Shown: positions 55,230-64,000 of the stretch, piece by piece
Numbering within the stretch: the first letter of the stretch is position 1
Layout: each line of letters starts with the position of its first letter
From: Octopus sinensis
Lineage: Eukaryota
Direction of reading: 5' to 3'
DNA length: 64,000 nt
Assembly: GCF_006345805.1 (NCBI RefSeq)
Contig: NC_043002.1
Coordinates: forward strand, 99,572,001 to 99,636,000
The notes under the pieces: model-generated
Told to the model about the DNA's origin: nothing
Database searches by the model: none
What the model saw: only the letters and a program-made list of their open reading frames with translations
Made by a program: the position numbers and the translations under genes

Positions 55230-56150
55230 GGTGAGAGATTAAGGGAAAGAGATAGTGTGTGTGTATTTGAAGGTTGCTCGTGGTCTAAGATTAAAGATAT
55301 TACAGTTGTGACTATCACGTCATTTTTGATATAGTGTATATCTAAAAGCTACAACATACAATATTTCCCTGTTTGAGAGAAATGTCTGTGATTTAATGCA
55401 AACCTGGCTGCCATTTGCTGTAGATTAATTGACTGTGTAGATGCTTACACATCGCCCCTTAAAGTCAGCCTGTTGTCACTTTAACTGGTTTTAGTTGAAA
55501 TTGAACTCTGGATAGATCTGTGAAAACAATCCCTTCAAACCACGGCAATTCCACTCTCATTGTGTATCTTGGACAACATTAACCAGTAAATTCCTTCTGT
55601 TTTGCCGACAGTAGGCAGACCTAATTTAAGGGAGATTTGGTTGCCATTCATCGCAAAACAAGGGAGTACACAATACCCACTTCGTGTGCTTTCGCATATG
55701 TATGCAAATGTGTACGTGTATCTTTGTGAAAGTATGAGCACGTGAGTGTGTGAAAATATGTATCTATACAGACACGCAAATAGAAATAGAAAATGCATAC
55801 ACGGCTTCTTTCCGTTTAATCCATGATTCTATAGACGATAAAATTAGATATTTCATTTTATTGCATTCCATACAGCTATCTATTTCTATTGTTTTCTGTT
55901 TTCTAGCGCACATTATATTTTATACTTTGTGATTTATAGAAAATTTTCCTTTATTCTGCATTTATATATTTTCCATGACTCCGAGGAGAAAGATCAGCAG
56001 AAATAAACACTGCTATTAATATATAGCGTTGGAATAAATTTTAATTCAAATATATCCCGTCCATCTGTATAAAATTGCTGTCTATTTTTGAAATACTAAA
56101 TACTTTATTTTTCACCATTTCGACAATAATGTAAACATATAGTGCAATTT

Positions 56151-56153
<3 letters not shown>

Positions 56154-56207
<54 letters not shown>

Positions 56208-56283
56208 GTGGTGGTGGTGGTGACGGCGGTGGTGACGGTGGTGGTGGTGACGGTGGTGGTGGTGGCGGTGGTGGTGGTGGTGA
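56154..56283. repeat. (AAT)n followed by (GGT)n/(GGTGAC) microsatellite at the SINE tail
   Basis: Direct inspection. Confidence 0.9.
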
Positions 56284-56492
56284 CAATTTCGAATTTTTGC
56301 GCAAGGCCACCGAGTTCAGGATAGGGAGAAGTGTAAGTCTATTACATCGACTCCAGTGATTAACGAATATTTATTTTATCATACCCCAAACGGATGAAAG
56401 GCAAAGTTCAACTCGGTGGAATTTGAACTCAGAACGAAAAGCCACTAATCATTTTGCCCGGCGTGCTAACGACTCGGCCAGCTCGCCGCCTT
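56284..56492 (-). mobile_element. MetaSINE-like SINE, older subfamily
   Basis: ggatgaaaggcaaagtt..ggaatttgaactcagaac..gccagctcgccgcctt. Confidence 0.8.
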
Positions 56493-58969
56493 AATAATGG
56501 TGCTGGCAGTAGTTGTAGCATAAGTAGTAGTAGTAATAGTATTAGTAGTAGTAGTAGTAGTATACCCAACTGGCGACAAGTATTCATCATCTGTAAATTA
56601 TTAACCTATAATCCTTTAATTTTATGAAAATGTTATTTGTAATTATTAGGAATATATTTGTAAATGAAGAATGCAAACACACATGGACATGCAGTTATGA
56701 CAGGCCGTCCGTCAAATCTGGCGGTGACCTATTTGCAGCTATAAATACATGAAGAAAAGAAAAATGAAAGAAGCGGAAACTAGAAGCAAAATATTCCTAT
56801 AGGCCTAATGTTCTTCCAATGATGATCAATGACTGCGATGACTTCAGCCGTGTAGCACCTTAAGAGAGGATGCACTGATGGACGATGGAATTCGTAATGT
56901 ATCCACGTATCTGTATCTGACGCTCGGCAAGAAAGTGGAGCTAATTAATTTGGCGCAAATGTTTGATATCCCGACTGCAGCAATGAATAAATGTTCTACC
57001 ACCTGTAGCTCTAAAAGGTTTTTTAGTAAATAATGGAGACTTTGAACAGCGATACAGCATATTTTACTCAGACATCTCACCAAGACTCAATACTCTCAAT
57101 CCAACGAATTAGATATTGCGTTAACTTCACCGTTGTAGGAAAAATTAATTATTGCAAAAATGACAAGTGATTTGTAGATGCCAAGGAGTGTAGTTGCTAG
57201 AAATAAGTGCCTCGTGAATGAATGATTTTATCTAATGGATGTATACATATGTAAAATTATCTTAAGCACATTTACCCATAACAATAAGATGAGGTGGTCA
57301 TCGGTGAAATGCATTTAATCTTGGGTATCTTCAAACCTGTGTCTTTAGTAACAAGCCAATCACCGCCGTATATTTTTATTTAGACAGAGGATATGAGCGA
57401 ATTGTTAATGCTGCTTTTTATCTAAGTAAAACTGGAGATTTCGCAACTGTGAACATCTGTGGCAAGTCATTTTTAACCGTGGCAATGTTAGAACTTCTAT
57501 TGTAATTTCACTAATTTGCCTACTACGCATTTTAAAGAGATGTATTGTCAGTAAAATCGATCTACCTAAATGGTTAAACTATGTTTTCTCAGTCCCTTAG
57601 GGAAGGAAAGGCTAGGTCAACCCATTAGGGATTTCGAGTGTAGATTGATAAATCTAATTAAGGTAATGCATTGAATCACTTTTGCTCCTTCGCCGCGAAA
57701 TTCAATAAAAGACTTCTCGAAAGTATGCCGAGAGATGAAAATCGTCAATGAGCGATTCTAATTTGTTCTACTTTCCAGTATTAACTATTATGACAACATT
57801 CGCAGTCAAGGTTACAAGGTTAATTATCATACTTCAATAGTTAAGTTTATTTTCAAAGACTAATGCCGTAAAGCAAGTGTGGAATTACGGTCAATGGGGC
57901 TCGTACCGGCTTCTTTTCCCAGTGGAAACCAATTAAATATATTTACATCTCTAAGGTTTTTTTCTTTATTCTTTAGCTCTTTTTTTCCAGCAACATTTGT
58001 GCTTCACAAAATCCTTTTACTTCTGCCACAAAACACTTAACATTGTAATAACCTATAACAATCGAATAGCAAACGTATCCAATAAGGACTGCGAAATAAA
58101 TGAGATTTTTTCAGATTCGCAATGGAAGCCATTTTGTTTCAGTTAATCTTAATATACTCTGGGAAATGTGTATGTGTCACGTAATTTTTTTCTTAATATC
58201 TGGCCCCTGGAGTTTGGTAAGAACAGGAAAAAAATTGACACTACCATACCTTTAACATTGGTGGTGCTGTATTGGAAGTCGAATAAAATAACCAAAATCA
58301 GTGTTGTTTCATTATACAGACACTTTCCAATTTTAATCCGTCATTTCAATGTTGATTATTCACTGCCCTTCTCACAAATATTCTAAGTCATTTTAAATAT
58401 TGCCTTTTCTTCAATATCTCACAGGAAATATTACTGTTAGAGTCTTGTAAATATATCTAATACAATGTCTTCAAATCTATAGTCAGAAATATAAAAAAGT
58501 AAATGCCATGAAAGTTTTTGTAATCTTCATAATTACTTTCTACCGAATTGTAAACATACATTCAAATATTCCGCCTACGAAAAACAAATTTATTCTACAG
58601 TATTCATTCGCAATACGACTTGTGTAAAGGCTTTGAATTTGTATGGAAAAATATGAAAACCAACAAAACATTATCTAAAAACTTTCTTCTGTATTTGTAT
58701 CGCAATCATTTGCTTCGAAAGTATAGATGCTAAAATAAAATATACTACAAATATTCCGATAAATATAATTTACATAACAGACATTACTCTGAAGACCTGC
58801 CAAACCTATTTCTCTTTTTACACAAGTGATTATTAAACAACATATTTTAATAGTTCTTGCTGGCAACATTTGTATTATAAAAGAAAATCGATTGTTAACC
58901 CTGCACTCTAGTTGCTATTTAGTATGAAACGTCGTTTTCTACATCACTTGTTATATCCCTCTTTTATAT

Positions 58970-58981
58970 ATACATACATAC

Positions 58982-59054
<73 letters not shown>

Positions 59055-59073
59055 GTAGTAGATATATATATAG

Positions 59074-59142
<69 letters not shown>

Positions 59143-59247
59143 GTATATATAATATATATATGTATATATATATATAGATATATATTATATATATATGTAT
59201 ATATATATATATATAGTATATATATATGATATATAATATATGTATAC

Positions 59248-59328
<81 letters not shown>

Positions 59329-59341
59329 TTATGTAAAATAT

Positions 59342-59374
<33 letters not shown>

Positions 59375-59412
59375 GTATATATATATAATATGTATATATA
59401 TGTCTATATATG

Positions 59413-59445
<33 letters not shown>

Positions 59446-59512
59446 GTAATATGTATTATATGTATATATTGTATATATATATAATATGTATATATATGTA
59501 TATATATATATC
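58970..59512. repeat. Degenerate (TA)n/(TATG)n field
   Basis: Direct inspection. Confidence 0.92.
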
Positions 59513-60658
59513 TTGACTCTTACGCTCCAGTTTCACAAATAAATCCAAACTGTTTAGTATTTGAATGTAACATTGTAATCTTAAGCGTTAACATTTAGGC
59601 TTTGAATCAACTATTCAATTGAAAACTTTTAGTTCGATAAAAATTGTTCCTTAAATAATTTCAATTACATTTAAATTTTGAACAAAAAGCACTCTGTTCT
59701 GTTGAAAAAATAGAATTTGAAAGAAAATCTTAGTTATTTAAGGTTTTTGAATTTATCGCCGATCACCATGTCCATTGAAAAATATTTTGCAAAACCTGCT
59801 TTTTTTTCATCTCATATTTAAGCAATTTATATTACAGGAAAGTATCTAAATAATAATTGTGAAAAAAAAAAAACGATAATTCCCGAGAGTTAAAGTCATA
59901 AGGAAAATATTTTTCAGAGTTTTTGATGTTGATTCATATCCAAAAATTTATTAAATATTTCGGTATTTTATTCCTTCCTGATACAGTTCTCACAGCTAAG
60001 CATATATATTAGCGGCATATGATATAGAAGGGCATTTCTTAAAATGGGCGTCCAGTACCTTCAGCGGATAAGCTTCAGCGTTATAATCCTGTAAACACGA
60101 GAGAGATATATTACCACTAAGCAGTGCAGTGTCAGTGAAATATTAAGCTAAGACTGGTTTAATTTGAATTTAAAATGATGCATTGAGTCGGTAGATTCCA
60201 GCATTTTTTCAATTTGAATTTTCTGCCATAAATGTCGACGTAATATATTGGCTAAATATGCAAAATAACCATTTAATGATCATCATAAACTTTCCAAATC
60301 TTGCTGCATTTCAAATGGATCATTTGGTCCTCCAAATTGACCTACTATTTTTGTCTATAAATTTTGGTCTGAATAATTCGACTTCTATACTGAAAAATAC
60401 TGCATGAATGAAACGATTTAACAGGTTCTTGATTTGGACTGCAGCTAGATCACGTTTCCTAAACATCGTCTTTTATCGAGTAAAGATTATATCAAACTTT
60501 TCTTTTATGCCTTTAATGTTTCCGCACTGCTATGACACTGCTTGAAGAATTTTAGTTGAACGAATCGACTTTAGCGTGACACTTATTCTTGAAGCCCCTT
60601 TTGTAGAATTGACATGTTGCATGGACGCGAACACATCAATTCCTCGTCAAATGTTGGG

Positions 60659-61271
<613 letters not shown>

Positions 61272-61388
61272 ATATATATATATATATATATATTATATAT
61301 TTTGTATATTATATTAATTATTTTTATTTTTATGTTTTGGTTTATGTTTTTCATTGTTTGATTTGCCTAATAGTGGTTTTATCTCTAA

Positions 61389-61427
<39 letters not shown>

Positions 61428-61599
61428 TATATACATACAAAGTTGGCCAAAAGTCACTCGACAGTAAATCAAACTTCTATAGATAATATCTGTAATTCTC
61501 TATTGATTCGAAACGAAGAATATATCGCTCAAAGAGGACTTCACTTTAAAAATTTTCGTATATATATATATATATATATAATATATATATATATATATA

Positions 61600-61715
61600 C
61601 TCAGAAGTCTTTGATCGGCCCGATGTTAAAGAAGAAGACACTTGGCTAAGGTAGCACTCAGTGGGATTGAACCCAGAATATTGTGGTTCGGAAGCAAACT
61701 TTCTTACCACACAAA
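61600..61715 (-). mobile_element. SINE family D head remnant
   Basis: gaagacacttggctaaggtagcactcagtgggattgaaccc..cttaccacac. Confidence 0.7.
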
Positions 61716-62844
61716 TATGTGTGAAACAAAAACATTGGAATACCAAACATTAATTAAATAATATTTATTTCCACTGAAGCACTGTACCTTTTCTTTCAAA
61801 TCAAATTTAGCTGAAATATTTAGTGAATACGTGGTACTTATTATCTAGTCACACAGTCGTTTGTGATTGGTGACAATATTTTATGGCATACTCAAATGTT
61901 GCGCCGTCTTACTATCTGTAATTTTATTTCTAATTTCGGTTTAATTACCCTATCATGTAGGTAATGGCATAGATGATTAAATCAAACCTCTAAATTGCTA
62001 TCCAGCTGACCGTAAAATTGATTTAGTTTATCCTTATCTCAAATATAGGGTATTTCATAAGCTGAAAGTAGAATTTGTAGTATCAAGCACTACAATACAT
62101 CGCTTGGGACTTTAGTTCTGAATCCGTAAAGTTCCTTTACTGCATCAAATATGATGTTAACATTATCTCTCCTGCATAAATTAGGTTGTTGATATTAACT
62201 CTTCTGCATTAAATATGTTAACACTGAATATGTTACACTAGCTAATCTGAATTATTCCAGCCCGGATATATATTGCCTTTTCTGTATCAGAAAAGGCAAT
62301 ATATATATATAAGGTGGGTTTTACTAAGTCGCTCAATTTATTCGAAATCACTCTCTTTTTAAGAAAAGTACCGCTTCAAACACAATGGGGATAATGAAGC
62401 CCATAGTATACTTATAGAAATGTATATAGTACACTTATATACATAGTACAATTATATAAATAAATAACGAACATGAATGACATAACTGAAGGAACAACAT
62501 GTATAATTGACATAGTTCTAAATATCTATTAGCATTTTTTTTTATTTCATTAGAAATATCTGTAATTGCTAATGATTAGTTTACCATTAGAGCTTCGTTC
62601 TTTTTGCACACCAACATTATAGGTTTGGCATTCTAAATGAATGCGTTTAAAACGTTGAAGAATGAATTAGAAAAGTAGTTGCCATCACTTTTCCTCATAA
62701 TTAATAGTGATTTGTTTTACTACCTATCACAAGAAACCACATCTTTAAAAAATGTGTCCTGAAATAAATCTATGATCCCAGTTTTGACCGTTCCGCATAT
62801 GTGTCTTCCCAGGTAATGTGTTCTTAACACTGCATCATCTAGCC

Positions 62845-62981
62845 CAGTGTTCCACAACCGGTATGGTAGGTGTGCCGTGGTGTAACTTGAATATAAGATT
62901 TTCCTTATACTTTTAGTTGTAGTTTTGGTTCAAGTGTACCGCCGAATTTTGAAAAGAATATACGTGAATTGCGAAGCACTG
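62845..62981. mobile_element. Possible short hAT-type MITE
   Basis: Termini cagtgttcc.. and ..gaagcactg resemble hAT CAGTG TIRs; no clean 8-bp TSD. Confidence 0.3.
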
Positions 62982-63876
62982 TATTCTAGATTCTAATCTC
63001 ATATACCGTTATTATTCTTTTACTCATACGTTACATGATAACTTTAACTGACATATATATTAAGCTGACCAATTTCAGAGAGGACTCCCAGCTAACTCAT
63101 CTAATATTTTGTTCGATGGACTCTATGTGATAGTGAAAGAAAGATGAGCAATGGGCAATTAATAATGATGTTTATTTCAATTAGTTATATTTTAACACAT
63201 CTAAAATTTTATCAGCATAGACATATCACAGTCATTTACATTCTTTTGATATGGTCGGTACCAAATTGAATACCGTTACGCATTTTTCTTCATTTATTTA
63301 ATGTTCTCAATGCCATGCAAACAACCTTTAGGCATAAATATATTAAACTATATTAAATTATATCAAACTTTATAATTCCTTTCTTTATTGTAAAATGTTG
63401 TATTTTAGCTCCAGGTCTACTCTGATCTATCGTTTCTATATTCAAAAGATATTCCGACCATGAATGTCTTATCGTTATTTTTTCCTTTCCGGTTACCATC
63501 TAACTAGGATTACATTATAAAATATGTGCATTTCTAAGAATGTAAGGAAGATATTAAGGAGCTGTAACCGATGTGACTCACATACCCAGCTGCTATGCAT
63601 TCGTATGTCATAATTAATGAAATATGAGGTAAAATATTCCAGAGGTAACAATCTGGTTATTTATTCATACCACATTATCTTTTCAATATTGCATTATTCA
63701 GTGTAGTATTATATATATACATATATGTTAGTGCGCATGTGAAAATTGCAGGTAATGTGCTGTAATCTAAAATGCAAATATGTTATATCCGCCTCTATAA
63801 GGACTGGCTATAAGCAATGTATCAAGCTAGCTTGTACATATATGATCAAGCAAGTGGTATCAGGTCAGAGAATGAC

Positions 63877-63939
<63 letters not shown>

Positions 63940-64000
63940 ATATATTAAATCTTTGAGCGAGGTTTACACTATCGTGAAGTATATTTGCCACCTAAATGTG

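Noticed and set aside
56041-56310. Polyproline/polyleucine ORF
   Set aside because: It derives from the (GGT)n/(AAT)n tract at a SINE tail.

Overview
AT-rich, microsatellite-dense eukaryotic DNA that is intronic or intergenic. The SINE families and the (TA)n/(AAT)n load look like an octopus (cephalopod) genome, but that is inference from pattern recognition, not a database result. I found no convincing host protein-coding gene, rRNA, functional tRNA or CRISPR array. Most listed ORFs are translations of microsatellites or pieces of dead transposons. Recognisable content: (1) four degenerate R4/Dong-clade non-LTR retrotransposon copies with RLE endonuclease in the first 10 kb, tied to (AAT)n tracts and stacked with two copies of a non-coding (AAT)n-bounded element; (2) a full-length mariner (40298-41587, TA TSD) whose transposase stays in one frame with three TAG stops; (3) at least four tRNA-derived SINE families, including MetaSINE-like copies that recurrently form SINE-in-SINE composites; (4) non-autonomous Helitrons, a CR1/L2-like 3' fragment and possible L1/Tx1 fossils. 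The most interesting signal is a set of small non-coding elements in (TA)n tracts that carry minimal type I hammerhead ribozyme motifs. Two unrelated families (45359-45730, 54774-55147) are near-perfect fold-backs with one hammerhead on each strand. All alignments and pairings were done by eye, so boundaries are approximate.
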